This document shows positions 38,931 through 48,849 of a stretch of 64,000 nt of DNA, piece after piece. The translations under genes were made by a program, and so were the position numbers. Each line of letters begins with the position of its first letter. Position 1 is the stretch's first letter. The notes under the pieces are model-generated. The model saw only the letters and a list, made by a program, of their open reading frames with translations. It did no database searches and was not told the DNA's origin. The stretch covers positions 1,600,001 through 1,664,000 of the forward strand of contig OY969807.1 in assembly GCA_963703285.1 (NCBI GenBank), in the 5' to 3' direction. This DNA is from an uncultured Nitrososphaerota archaeon. Lineage in GTDB: Archaea; Thermoproteota; Nitrososphaeria; Nitrososphaerales; Gagatemarchaeaceae.

Positions 38931-40274
38931 TTGCCGGTATTCGGGACGGCCGGCGTCCGTGGCATCTTCAACTCCACACAGACACCGGAACAGGTGTACA
39001 AACTCGCGCTGACATCCGCGTTCACGTTTGGCAAGGGCCCATATGGTGTTGGGTGGGACGGACGAAAGAGTTCGGCAATGCTTGCTCGAGTGGTGGCGGC
39101 CGGGCTGTGGGCGGCCGGGAGCAAGGCGCTTGCGTTTGGACTAGTTCCCACCCCCGTGACGGCATACGGAACGAGGGAAGAGGGGTGCAAGCTCGGCTTC
39201 TCCGTAACTGCATCTCACAATCCCCCTGAGTATTCGGGGGTGAAGTTCTTCAACGGTGAAGGGATGGAGCTCTCCAAAGAAGAGGAGTTGAGGATGGAGA
39301 GGGCGATGGTGGTGGGTGCCGACATGAACTCGCGGGAGTTCGGAGAGGCGATGGGTGTTGAAGTACTGGCTTCCTATCTTGCCCGATTGATTGGGCGCTT
39401 TGAAAAATCTGAGAAGGGTCTGAAGGTAGTGGTCGACTGCGCTAACGGGCCGGGGGCCCTTGTTACTCCCAGGGCTTTGGAGGCACTCGGCCACAAGGTG
39501 ATTCCGATGAACGCGCAGATTTCTTGGCGGTTCTCTGCCCATCTGCCAGAACCGACCGCTCATAATCTGAAAGATACGGCGTCTGCTGTCGCGTCGTTGG
39601 GGGCCGATTTCGGATTTGCTCATGATGGAGATGCGGACAGGCTGGTCATCATCAACTCTGCGGGGGTAGTTGTCCCTGATTCCGTCGTATCGATACTCGC
39701 TCTCAGGGCATCCGTGCAGAAGGGGGCGGTAGTCATCCTCTCCGAGAATACGTCTTCTTCGGTAGAGGAAGAAGCGGTCAGGGTTGGTTGCCGCGTCGTG
39801 AGGGGCAGAATCGGCAAGACATTCGCAGAGATAAAGAGCGAAGGCGCGTCGTTTGCCACAGAACCAAGCAAAATCGTGGACCCGCGATGGGGGATGTGGG
39901 AGGACGGGATGTACGGTGCCCTGCTGATCGCAGACGCGGTCTCGAAGGATCCTGAACTGCTCGCCCTGATAAACCGGGAGCCGAAGTGGCACTACAAGCA
40001 GGTCAACATCCCCGTTTCGGCAAATCTATCCATACTCGCGCACACGATAGAGGAAGAATTCGCGAGGTTCCGGATAGCTGAGGTCAGGGGTCTCGACGGA
40101 CTGAAGCTGGTCTTCAAGGATGGGTCGTGGATCATGTTCCGATCCTCAGGCACAGAACCGAAGACGAGAATCTACTGCGAATCCCTCGACGAAACCAGGC
40201 TCGAGGAGCTTCTCGCGAGCGGTAGGAAAGTTCTGGAGGAGGGCCTGATGACTCCGGGAAAGAGGATGTGTTGA
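38931..40274 (+). CDS. Phosphohexomutase (PMM/PGM family)
   Basis: FGTAGVRG, TASHNP, DGDADR, RSSGTEP. Confidence 0.92.
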   Translation: MPVFGTAGVRGIFNSTQTPEQVYKLALTSAFTFGKGPYGVGWDGRKSSAMLARVVAAGLWAAGSKALAFGLVPTPVTAYGTREEGCKLGFSVTASHNPPEYSGVKFFNGEGMELSKEEELRMERAMVVGADMNSREFGEAMGVEVLASYLARLIGRFEKSEKGLKVVVDCANGPGALVTPRALEALGHKVIPMNAQISWRFSAHLPEPTAHNLKDTASAVASLGADFGFAHDGDADRLVIINSAGVVVPDSVVSILALRASVQKGAVVILSENTSSSVEEEAVRVGCRVVRGRIGKTFAEIKSEGASFATEPSKIVDPRWGMWEDGMYGALLIADAVSKDPELLALINREPKWHYKQVNIPVSANLSILAHTIEEEFARFRIAEVRGLDGLKLVFKDGSWIMFRSSGTEPKTRIYCESLDETRLEELLASGRKVLEEGLMTPGKRMC

Positions 40275-40281
40275 TCGGCTA

Positions 40282-41757
40282 ATGTCCTTGGAGTTGGCAA
40301 ACGCCGTCTCAAAGGCGCTGTCCGAGGGATACCAGATAGACGGAGAGGCGTTCGGGGTAATCTCGGCCCTCCCTGCCGGTACCGATGTAGAGCTTCTTGT
40401 CAAGAATGCGATTCGGAGGAAGACGGGGGACACTGACAGGGTGATTCGCAAGGCGGACATCGAAACGGTGATCCCTCAGGAGCTGCTGGCGGTCCAGGAA
40501 CCTGTCTTGCGTGTCTCGGGTGAAACCGGAGAAATCGAAGTGATGAGTGACCCAACCTCCCAGATTGCTCCTGCCGAGGCGGATATCGGGTTCAAGAAAC
40601 TGTTCCAAGACAGATACTGGAGGCTACTGGGCATAGCCAGAAGGAGGCCTGACTCGAGAAACATCTCCAACATAGAATCGATCAAGGGAAAGAAGGTTGA
40701 CAAGGTAAAGATCGCTGGTCTCCTCTCCTCGAAGAACAGCAGGCACGGAAACGTCGAGCTCGTTCTGGATGACCCGACCGGGAGCGCGCGGATCCAATGC
40801 ACCGATGAGTTCGCCGGTGCCGCCCTGAGGATTCCACTAGACAGTTTCGTGGTGGTGGAGCTGTCTGGCGGGAAGGGAGGGCAGACGTATGCGACGTCCC
40901 TGACCATGCCGGACGTCCCGAGTCGGAAGCCGGTGACAACGTCCCACCGCGCCTACGCGGTCCTGCTCTCGGATCTACACATAGGTAGCAAGATGTTCCT
41001 CCAAGAAGACTTCGGGAGGTTCATCTTGTGGCTCAACGGGAAGCTGGGCGACCTGGATATCGTGAGTAGAATCAAATATGTGATAATCGCAGGCGACGCC
41101 ATCGACGGCATAGGCGTCTATCCCGGCCAGGAGTACCAGCTCAGCGAGACGAACCTCAGCAAGCAATACTCTCTTGCAGCTCAGCTGATTTCGCAGATCC
41201 CCAAGCACGTCAAGGTGCTGCTGTCGCCGGGCAACCACGACTGCGTCCGCCAAGCGCTCCCTCAACCTGCGGTTCCGGTCGATGTTGCCGAGCCCTTGTA
41301 CAAGCTGGAGAACCTGAAGAATGTGGGCAACCCGTCCTATGTGAAGCTGGACGGCGTAAGCTTCCTCGTTTATCATGGAAGAAGTCTAGACGATATCATC
41401 GCGACCATTCCCAATCTTAGCTACGACAGGCCTGCGGCGGCTATGCAGGTCCTCTTGAAGGCTAGGCATCTGGCGCCCATGTATGGCAAGAGGACTCCCC
41501 TCTCCCCGGAGCTGAGGGACATGCTGGTGATTGACCCCGTCCCAGACGTGTTCCACTCCGGGCATGTCCATGCCATCGACGTGCTCGAATACCGAGGTAC
41601 TCTCATTGTGAACTCGGGGACCTTCCAAGCGCAGACGCCCTTTCAGGCAAACATGGGGATGGAACCGACGTGCTCGATCGTTCCAATCGTAGACCTCTCG
41701 ACCCTGGAGGTGGTCAAGAGGAGCTTCAGGAAGCAAGGTTTCGGTCTCGGGAACTAG
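40282..41757 (+). CDS. polB: DNA polymerase D small subunit DP1
   Basis: SDLHIGS, AGDAIDGIGVYPGQ, PGNHD, YHG, RHLAP, HSGHVH, NSGTFQ. Confidence 0.95.
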   Translation: MSLELANAVSKALSEGYQIDGEAFGVISALPAGTDVELLVKNAIRRKTGDTDRVIRKADIETVIPQELLAVQEPVLRVSGETGEIEVMSDPTSQIAPAEADIGFKKLFQDRYWRLLGIARRRPDSRNISNIESIKGKKVDKVKIAGLLSSKNSRHGNVELVLDDPTGSARIQCTDEFAGAALRIPLDSFVVVELSGGKGGQTYATSLTMPDVPSRKPVTTSHRAYAVLLSDLHIGSKMFLQEDFGRFILWLNGKLGDLDIVSRIKYVIIAGDAIDGIGVYPGQEYQLSETNLSKQYSLAAQLISQIPKHVKVLLSPGNHDCVRQALPQPAVPVDVAEPLYKLENLKNVGNPSYVKLDGVSFLVYHGRSLDDIIATIPNLSYDRPAAAMQVLLKARHLAPMYGKRTPLSPELRDMLVIDPVPDVFHSGHVHAIDVLEYRGTLIVNSGTFQAQTPFQANMGMEPTCSIVPIVDLSTLEVVKRSFRKQGFGLGN

Positions 41758-42944
41758 ACCAGGTCGAGCAGACGCGCATCCTCGCCGATGACGCGCGCGA
41801 GGGTGTCGTTGTCGACGAGGAGCTTGATTCGTTTCGTCCTGCCCCTCCTCCCCTTGCTGACGACGGCTGCGTCGATGAGCCCGAGCACGTCCAGTTCCGC
41901 TAGTATGCCGCTAACCCTTCTCTGTGTGAGGACCTCCACGCTCGATTTCCTCGCGAGGTTGGTATAGGCAAGGTAGACCTCCCCCGTGTTCGTCCCGCCG
42001 GGGAACTTCGAGGTTGCAATGATGATGACCTTCGTCTGGAGCGGGAGCGAGTGAAGAGCTTCCTCGACCGTGTCTCGCTCGATTTTGTCCGAGGCCTTGC
42101 GGATGCTCTCTTCGTCCACCAGCTGACGGCCTTCGCGCTCGGCGACTTCGCCGGCCACTCTCAGCAGGTCGACCGCCCTTCGGGCGTCCCCGTGTTCTGA
42201 CCCGGCCAGCGCTGCGCACAGGTTGATGGCTGATTCTGGTACCACCCCGGGCTTGAACGCTACCTTGACTCTCCCGGCGAGAATCGAACGCAGCTCTTCT
42301 GTGGTGTACGGCGGGAAGACTAGCTCCTCTTCGCCCAGGCTGCTCAGCACCCTCGGGTCGAGCGACTCCTTGAATCTCAAATCGTTCGAGATTCCTATGA
42401 TCGTCAGGAAGCCCGGGGCGACCTGCTCGCCAGCCCTCGTGAACTGGTAGAGGGTGTCGTCATCGGAGTTGACCAGATAGTCAATCTCGTCCAAGACGAG
42501 GATGAAGCGGATAGCGTGTTTGGAGATTGTCTTGAAGATGCGTTGGACGACTTCGGCTATGGAGAGTCCGGTGAGCGGTATCTTCTTGTCCTCGTCCAAG
42601 GGAAGGCTCTCGGCAATCTTGGCGAGCGTGAGGTATTGGTTCCTCGCCAGCCTGGAGTTCACGTACGCCGTAACTATCTGTTTCGATTCGTCCTGATTCT
42701 CGAGCTTGCCGACGACCAGCCTCGCCACGGCCGTCTTTCCGGTCCCTGTCTTACCGTAAAGCAGGACGTTTGATGGTTTGGAACCGAGAAGAGCCGGAGC
42801 AAGTATCTGTGCCACGCTAGCTATCTGCGTCTCTCTGAAAGGCAGGTGGTCGGGGACAAACTCGGTCGATAGAGCCTTCCTGTCCTGGAAGAGGACCCTG
42901 CCTTGCTTCGTCTTGTTGAAGATGGCGTCGACGGCGTCGGCCAT
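41754..42944 (-). CDS. cdc6: Cdc6/Orc1 replication initiator
   Basis: YGKTGTGKT, LDEID, ISN, FPPYT, GDARRA, C-terminal wHTH with GRRGRT. Confidence 0.95.
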   Translation of the reverse strand: MADAVDAIFNKTKQGRVLFQDRKALSTEFVPDHLPFRETQIASVAQILAPALLGSKPSNVLLYGKTGTGKTAVARLVVGKLENQDESKQIVTAYVNSRLARNQYLTLAKIAESLPLDEDKKIPLTGLSIAEVVQRIFKTISKHAIRFILVLDEIDYLVNSDDDTLYQFTRAGEQVAPGFLTIIGISNDLRFKESLDPRVLSSLGEEELVFPPYTTEELRSILAGRVKVAFKPGVVPESAINLCAALAGSEHGDARRAVDLLRVAGEVAEREGRQLVDEESIRKASDKIERDTVEEALHSLPLQTKVIIIATSKFPGGTNTGEVYLAYTNLARKSSVEVLTQRRVSGILAELDVLGLIDAAVVSKGRRGRTKRIKLLVDNDTLARVIGEDARLLDLV

Positions 42945-42951
42945 GCTTGGG

Positions 42952-42966
42952 TCAGTGGAAACACTG
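42952..42966. promoter_or_regulatory. Mini-ORB-like Cdc6/Orc1 binding site just upstream of cdc6
   Basis: TCAGTGGAAAC resembles the ORB core TCCAGTGGAAAC; lies between the promoter and the ATG. Confidence 0.5.
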
Positions 42967-43176
42967 GTTAGATAAGCTCTCCGAGACTTTTGGGGCGTAG
43001 CCCCGACCTAAAAGCTGAAATTTTTGGGCTTTCTGCGTCGTCTAGGGTCGTTGGGCTGACCCCGCTCCTGCCGCTGAATCGGTTTGAACGCGTTTTGAAC
43101 GGTCCGGGTCTGAATCGTCGAACGTTTCTGCAGGTCGTTCTGTTGGTTAGTATTATATCAAGTCGGGTTCCTTACT

Positions 43177-44457
43177 TTGAGTATGAAGAGATCCGGCCTG
43201 ACCGTGGCGGCAATGGCCCTCTTGCTGATAGTGATCATAGTCGTGTCCTCGGTGGCTGTTGTGGCTGCCTTCATGGGTGGCGCGGGAAAGACCACCACCT
43301 CCTCGAGCTCGTCCATGAGTTCGTCCACGAGCGCCAAGGACGGGCTGCGGTTGAGTCTGAACGCGACGGTTTCAGAGACGGGCTCCAGCGACCGCATAGC
43401 GATCAGCATCTCGGACTTCAACACGCTCTCTACGGCTAACACGCCTGCGATTGTGGGAATGCCCTCCGTCGGAGGCACGGCGCTTGGTCTCGACCCGTGC
43501 AGCCAGCTCCCTCTGGGGTTCGCGGTAGCAGAGGGGAACTACGGTGCGAACAACGTCTCTGAGGCGTCGCCCCTGAGCCTTTGGCAGCCCGGGACCTACA
43601 TGTGCCCCGCAGAGTTCGCGGTCGACTACTTCTCGTTCTCACCGCTCAGCGACAACGTAACGCTCTACAGCCCCCAGCCCTCCGGGTCGGGCAGCTCTAC
43701 GGTCCCCACGCCAATGTGGACCGCCCCCGACGCCTTCAACCAGAGCTTCTCCGGATACTGGACGGGAGGCAGCGAGGCTTCGCTTCAGAGCGGCGCATTT
43801 AATGCCTTCCAGCCGGGAATCTATACGCTGGTGGGAGGGGACGATTATGGTCAGCTCGTGTTTGTCCACGTCGTCTTGTCTTCCCAGGCCACGGTCACTT
43901 CGACCACCGGGCAGTCGAGCAGCTCGGTGAGCACTACGGTGCCGTCGGGCGGTCAGAACATCTCGGTCGCCTCGCAGTACGGGCTAAGGCTCATGGTGAA
44001 CATGAACGCGACGGAGATTGTTCCTGGCGAGTCGGTCCAGGTGAACTTGACCGAGTTCAACACGCTTCCCAGGGTCAACAACGTCTCGGCGTCCGGGGAT
44101 TGGCCGGTAGGGGTCGCGCTCGGCCCGTGCGAGAACGAGTTCGACCAACCCTTCGGGATCGCAGTCTACGCCGGGCACGTTGACGCGCAGAATCTCTCTC
44201 AGGGTCAGCGGGTGGACATATTCCCGGCTGTGGCCTGCCCGATGTACATCAGGCTGGTCACGGGGTACGAGTTCCAGCCCCAGAGCAACCTGGCTGTGGT
44301 CCTGCCAGGGTCGGCTACGCCGTCGCCGCTGGTCGGGAGCGTGGTCCTCAGCATGAGCTACTCACCTCAGGCCCAACCGCTGCCCCCTGGCGTCTACACC
44401 GTCGTAGCTGCTGATGAATGGGGCGCCTTGGCTTTCCTCTACTTCCAGGTCAACTGA
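43177..44457 (+). CDS. Secreted/membrane-anchored protein with two copies of an unknown two-Cys domain
   Basis: N-terminal TM, Ser/Thr linkers, repeated GLRL...FNTL...PC...P.G.AV..G...CP...PG.YT.V..D.[YW]G.L. Confidence 0.8.
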   Translation: MSMKRSGLTVAAMALLLIVIIVVSSVAVVAAFMGGAGKTTTSSSSSMSSSTSAKDGLRLSLNATVSETGSSDRIAISISDFNTLSTANTPAIVGMPSVGGTALGLDPCSQLPLGFAVAEGNYGANNVSEASPLSLWQPGTYMCPAEFAVDYFSFSPLSDNVTLYSPQPSGSGSSTVPTPMWTAPDAFNQSFSGYWTGGSEASLQSGAFNAFQPGIYTLVGGDDYGQLVFVHVVLSSQATVTSTTGQSSSSVSTTVPSGGQNISVASQYGLRLMVNMNATEIVPGESVQVNLTEFNTLPRVNNVSASGDWPVGVALGPCENEFDQPFGIAVYAGHVDAQNLSQGQRVDIFPAVACPMYIRLVTGYEFQPQSNLAVVLPGSATPSPLVGSVVLSMSYSPQAQPLPPGVYTVVAADEWGALAFLYFQVN

Positions 44458-44574
44458 AAAGATGGTCGTCGGCGCCGTCGCGTTACCTTGCTCGTGGCAA
44501 CTTGACGGTTCTCAGAGAGATTAATAGTCAACTGGCTTTGCAAAAGCGGGGAAGACGGGCTGGCTACGGACATC

Positions 44575-45228
44575 TTGCTCTCCTGGAGCGGCGGGAAGGA
44601 CAGTGCGCTCGCGCTCCGCGAAGTGAGCCTGACCCGCAAGTACAACATCAAGGCGCTGCTGACTACCGTCACCTCGGATTTTGGCAGAGTCAGCATGCAC
44701 GGCGTCAGGCGGAGCCTCCTGCACGCCCAGGCTTCTTCTCTTGGCCTGCCTCTGGAGGAAGTGTTGATCCCTAAGAACTGCTCCAACGCAATCTACGAAG
44801 CGCGGATGATGGCCGTGTTGACCAAGTACAGGGAGTTGGGTGTTGAACGGGTGGCGTTCGGAGACCTCTTCCTGCGGGATGTGCGCTCGTACAGGGAGGA
44901 GAGGCTTGGGCAAATCGGCATGCGAGGTGTGTTCCCGCTGTGGGGAAGAGACACAGGCGACCTGGCGAAGGAGTTCATCGAATTAGGCTTCCGGGCTGTG
45001 GTTTGCTGCGTAGACCCGAGAAAGCTGTCAGGAGAGTTCTGCGGGAAAGAGTATGATAGGGCCTTCCTGCGTTCGATTCCTGCTACCGTCGATCCTTGTG
45101 GTGAGAATGGCGAGTTTCATACGTTCGTCTACGCTGGACCAATCTTCGGCAGAGGCATACCAGTGCGGAGGGGACGGGTTGTCCTGAGGGACGGGTTCTA
45201 CTTCGGTGATTTGATCCTTCGCAATTAG
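44575..45228 (+). CDS. Diphthine--ammonia ligase-like PP-loop ATPase (Dph6/MJ0570 family)
   Basis: SWSGGKDS, SMHGVR, FGDL, PLW, DPCGENGEFHT. Confidence 0.88.
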   Translation: MLSWSGGKDSALALREVSLTRKYNIKALLTTVTSDFGRVSMHGVRRSLLHAQASSLGLPLEEVLIPKNCSNAIYEARMMAVLTKYRELGVERVAFGDLFLRDVRSYREERLGQIGMRGVFPLWGRDTGDLAKEFIELGFRAVVCCVDPRKLSGEFCGKEYDRAFLRSIPATVDPCGENGEFHTFVYAGPIFGRGIPVRRGRVVLRDGFYFGDLILRN

Positions 45229-45263
45229 GCGTGTTGCGCTCCAAGAGGCAGGAGGTCGGTACA

Positions 45264-45659
45264 TCACTGGGCCGTTGATTCCACGATTGATACCAAGCCA
45301 GAGATGTTCTTCATTAACTCGTCTGGTATGCCGTGACGTTCCTCCAGGTACTGCGGCGAGTTGAATGACACCCAAACCTTCTCGCTTTCGTCTTCGGATA
45401 CAAGGACCTTGAGAGGAAAATCTATCGCTAGGGTCGGCGCTGCCACCATGAGGGGAGTACCCGCCTTCGGGTTCCCGAAGATGACTAGCTGGGTGGGCTT
45501 CATGTCCAGCCCCGCCCTCTTCGCGTCTCCGCTGAAGTCGATTCTAGCAAAAATCGTGAGGCTGCGCGAGGATATTGTTGACTCCAGGCGGTCCACCGTA
45601 TCAGAGAAGGAGTGTGTGCTCATGACCTGTACGATTCCTTTCTTGCTAGCGAGTGACAT
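45264..45659 (-). CDS. DUF302 domain protein
   Basis: C-terminal part of ORF 45264..46418: IFARID, VIFGNPKAGTPLM, IDFPLKVLV. Confidence 0.88.
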   Translation of the reverse strand: MSLASKKGIVQVMSTHSFSDTVDRLESTISSRSLTIFARIDFSGDAKRAGLDMKPTQLVIFGNPKAGTPLMVAAPTLAIDFPLKVLVSEDESEKVWVSFNSPQYLEERHGIPDELMKNISGLVSIVESTAQ

Positions 45660-45770
45660 GCGCGATTCTCTCCTTCTCCGTCTTCGATCCTGTCTGTTAA
45701 GCCTGTCTAATGTCCTGGCTTCGGCCGGAGAGCCCAAAGTTAAAGAGGGTTCGAGTCGTCTTGCGGTCTG

Positions 45771-45977
45771 ATGGTAGACATCGTCCTCGAGTGCGCCAAT
45801 ATCGCCTGCGCAAGAACGGGTGGTCCGCGCGAGATGATACTGAAGCACGAGTTGGACCGGCGGCTTCCGGGGCAGCGCGATGGCGCCTATTACTATGAGG
45901 TGTGGCAGTGTCACAATTGCGGGAACGCGGTGGCCCTGAAGATAAAGCGCGGAGAGCCTACGGCCGAGTCCGGTTGA
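45771..45977 (+). CDS. Small zinc-finger protein
   Basis: CANIAC...CHNC in 68 aa. Confidence 0.6.
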   Translation: MVDIVLECANIACARTGGPREMILKHELDRRLPGQRDGAYYYEVWQCHNCGNAVALKIKRGEPTAESG

Positions 45978-46023
45978 TGTCGGTGTTGTAGCGTCCTTGA
46001 ACCGCGCTATGAGGCTGTAGAAG

Positions 46024-46788
46024 ATGGTTAGGGTCGACAACCACAACCACATAATCCTGGCGGACATAGGGGACATGGTCGAATCCGCCAGGGCTAAGAA
46101 GCTCGACCGGTATTCTATCACTGAGCACGTGTCACAATTCAGAGGGCTGAGGGAATCGGTTGCCTTCGGTTCCGTGCACAGCAGGGGAAGGATCTTCGAG
46201 GACCTCAAGGAGTACAGGGAGGAGTTCTCTAGGGTCGAAGACTCCGCGCTCTCAGGGATGAAAATCAGGATGGGACTGGAGGTCGACTTCTCGCCACGCT
46301 TCGAGGCCAAGGTGGCCGAGTTCGTCAACCAGGAGAAGTGGGACGTTCTACTGTGCTCCGTCCACGAGCTAGGAGATGGGACCGATATCGAGGCCCCGAG
46401 ATTGAAGCTTGCCGACACTACCGAGGCCGGCAGGTTGTGGCGTGAGTACTTCGAGCTTCAGCAGATGGCGCTCGAGAGCGATTTCGTGCCCTTCAGCGTC
46501 TTGACCCACCCGACTAGGATGGCAAAGGGAACGAATCGATTGCCCGAGGATATGGACGGTCTCCTCCTGAACCTGGCAAAGACGGCGAGGGGGCGCGACA
46601 AGGCGCTAGAGCTCAATGGAAAAGACCTAGCTTACGCGCCGGAACTCGTCGATAGGGTCGCGAGGGCCTGCTCGAAAGCCGATTGCAAGGTGAGTCTCGG
46701 TTCGGATTCGCACCATCCGCAAGACGTCTTCAGAAACATGGAAGTTGCCGTTGCTATGGTTGAGGAGTTAGGCCTTGGACCCATCTGA
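46024..46788 (+). CDS. PHP-domain phosphoesterase (histidinol-phosphatase-like)
   Basis: DNHNH, ITEH, GLEVD, SVH, THP, LELN, GSDSH. Confidence 0.88.
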   Translation: MVRVDNHNHIILADIGDMVESARAKKLDRYSITEHVSQFRGLRESVAFGSVHSRGRIFEDLKEYREEFSRVEDSALSGMKIRMGLEVDFSPRFEAKVAEFVNQEKWDVLLCSVHELGDGTDIEAPRLKLADTTEAGRLWREYFELQQMALESDFVPFSVLTHPTRMAKGTNRLPEDMDGLLLNLAKTARGRDKALELNGKDLAYAPELVDRVARACSKADCKVSLGSDSHHPQDVFRNMEVAVAMVEELGLGPI

Positions 46789-46915
46789 GCACGGCTTTGT
46801 CGGTGCAAAACGAATGTTGGAGATAGCTACGAGCAATGCTGCAGTAGGGTGCGTCGCTGGATATAACTGAGAATTGCTCTCGACGAAGATTACTTGGATT
46901 GGTGTGTGGTGAATC

Positions 46916-47953
46916 CTACCTGGAAAGCCGGTTCAGGAAGTCCGAGAGTACGTCCAGCCCCGATTGCAGCGCCTCCTCCTGGGACGTGAAACAGAGCCTA
47001 AACGCCCTCGGGGCGCCGAAGAAGTCTCCGGGCGTGATGAGGGCGCCGGTCTCCCGCAACAAAGTCCTCGCTAGGACCACCGAACCCGGACCTCTCTTGT
47101 AGCGGACCAAGCAAAACGGGGGCGGGCCGAGCTCGGCCGACACCCCTTCGGTCTTCGCGATGAACCGGCGGACGGCGGCGATGTTTCTTGAACGGATTCT
47201 CCGCGCGCGTTCCAAGAACCGTTGCCTCTTCCTGAGTGCTTGGGCGGCGATCCATAGGGAATATTCGGAATCGTGACCGCTGACGGCCCACTTGGCGTAC
47301 AGCAGTTTTCGGGCCGTACTCTTGTCTGCAATTATCCACCCGACGCGGAGTCTGCCCAGCCCATAGAACTTGGTCATGGTGCTGCAGACGACTACGTTGC
47401 TGGCCTGGTCGAAGTGGGTGCGGGGCGAACGTGAAAAGGTGAACTCCCTGTAGGTCTCGTTGATGAAGACGGGATTGCGTCTCCCCCCAGGGGGCGCCGT
47501 CAGTCTTTCGATCAAGTCTGCGTCAAGGCTTCGGCCGGTCGGGTTGTTGGGGTCGGTGAGGCCGAGGATTGTCCCATCGGCAGCGCGTCCAGTCGGCAGG
47601 GTGTTTGTCACTCTCATACCGAGATACTTGGGCACTGTGAACATGGGTCCGTAGTTCGGAAGGGGGACGACCGCCCTTCTGGCGTTCCCTAGGACGGAGT
47701 ACACTAGAAAGATCGCTTCCGATGCACCGCTCGTAGCCACGATGTTCTCGGACTCGACGTTGTACTGGCGAGCGACCTCCTCTGCGAACAGCCTCTCGTG
47801 CTCGGTCTTCTCGGCCGCGAAGCTCTCAAACGATGTGTCGACCCCCATCGCGGACAGGTCGGGTTCGCCTAACCCGCTCGAAGTGAGGTTGTACTTGGCT
47901 TTGGGGCCGAGACTCAGTATCCAGCTGAATAGTTCGTTCTTGGCCGGTACCAA
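46916..47953 (-). CDS. PLP-dependent aminotransferase class I/II
   Basis: GASEA, PNNPTG, ETY, STMTKFYGLGRLRVGW. Confidence 0.9.
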   Translation of the reverse strand: MVPAKNELFSWILSLGPKAKYNLTSSGLGEPDLSAMGVDTSFESFAAEKTEHERLFAEEVARQYNVESENIVATSGASEAIFLVYSVLGNARRAVVPLPNYGPMFTVPKYLGMRVTNTLPTGRAADGTILGLTDPNNPTGRSLDADLIERLTAPPGGRRNPVFINETYREFTFSRSPRTHFDQASNVVVCSTMTKFYGLGRLRVGWIIADKSTARKLLYAKWAVSGHDSEYSLWIAAQALRKRQRFLERARRIRSRNIAAVRRFIAKTEGVSAELGPPPFCLVRYKRGPGSVVLARTLLRETGALITPGDFFGAPRAFRLCFTSQEEALQSGLDVLSDFLNRLSR

Positions 47954-48054
47954 GAAATTCGCTCTCCCCTCAGACCGGGGTTTCTAGTTAAACTAAACGG
48001 TGAGAAAGGTCGTGGGTTCACTTATCGCACCTCAAGTCTCTCGCGATTGGGCTC

Positions 48055-48849
48055 TTAGACTTCCCTCAGCTCCCGCCTGCGGTACAGGGCTGCGCACAGG
48101 AGCAGCGAGACGACTATGTATCCGACCATTATAGCCGCTCCCTCGGCGGGCGTCGGAAAGTACGCGGTCGTCCCGCCCAAAGACTGCACGTGCGGTGGAT
48201 ACGGCGAGCCGTACAGCGCGCCGATGACGCTGGAGGCATAGGTGAGAAGCGGCCACGGCTCGATGCTTTTCGACGCGATTATCGCCTGGATGATGGGCAT
48301 CAATAGGACGATGGTCAGAATCGAGACTAGGATCGACTGGGTCTGGCTCCGATAGAACACGGCGCTCAGGAGCATGACGAACGCTATCATCGCCAGGGTA
48401 TAGAGGAGGCTGAAGCCGGTTATCTCCGCGTAGTTGGCAATGGTTGTCCCATAGAATCCGTACATCTCGGCGGCCCCCACCGCGAAGAAGACGAGGGTGA
48501 TTGCGGTCCCGGCGGTCGCTGCCGCCATGTATCGCGTGGCGGCGACCCTCTCCCTTCCGATGGGTTGCGATAGGGTGAAGAGCCCCTGTCTGCTGAAGTC
48601 CTGCGATATCGAGTCGCCCGCGAGCACGGCGGCCCCGACGGTGGCGAGGAAGATGAAGAACCCCTGCGGGAAGGAGAAGAGCTCCCCGGCGCTCGCAGGT
48701 TTCGGCGTCACGTTGGTCAGTACCAGTATGGGTACGAGTAGGACTAGGAGGAGGTAGAAGAAGAGGAGGATGTAGAATCTCGCGCTCCGGAAGTGTAACC
48801 AGGTGTACGTCCTCAGCAGCGTGAGGTTCAGCGAGGGGGCTTCGCTCAC
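48055..48849 (-). CDS. ABC-2 type transporter permease
   Basis: About 6 TM helices, SISQDFSRQG...LSQPIGR. Confidence 0.85.
   Translation of the reverse strand: MSEAPSLNLTLLRTYTWLHFRSARFYILLFFYLLLVLLVPILVLTNVTPKPASAGELFSFPQGFFIFLATVGAAVLAGDSISQDFSRQGLFTLSQPIGRERVAATRYMAAATAGTAITLVFFAVGAAEMYGFYGTTIANYAEITGFSLLYTLAMIAFVMLLSAVFYRSQTQSILVSILTIVLLMPIIQAIIASKSIEPWPLLTYASSVIGALYGSPYPPHVQSLGGTTAYFPTPAEGAAIMVGYIVVSLLLCAALYRRRELREV

Noticed and set aside
42080-42095. TCGGACAAAA match on the minus strand
   Set aside because: Inside the cdc6 coding sequence and lacking the TATTAATC half; chance match
45660-46418. N-terminal extension of track ORF 45264..46418
   Set aside because: Antisense to the PHP and zinc-finger genes; only the DUF302 part has family motifs
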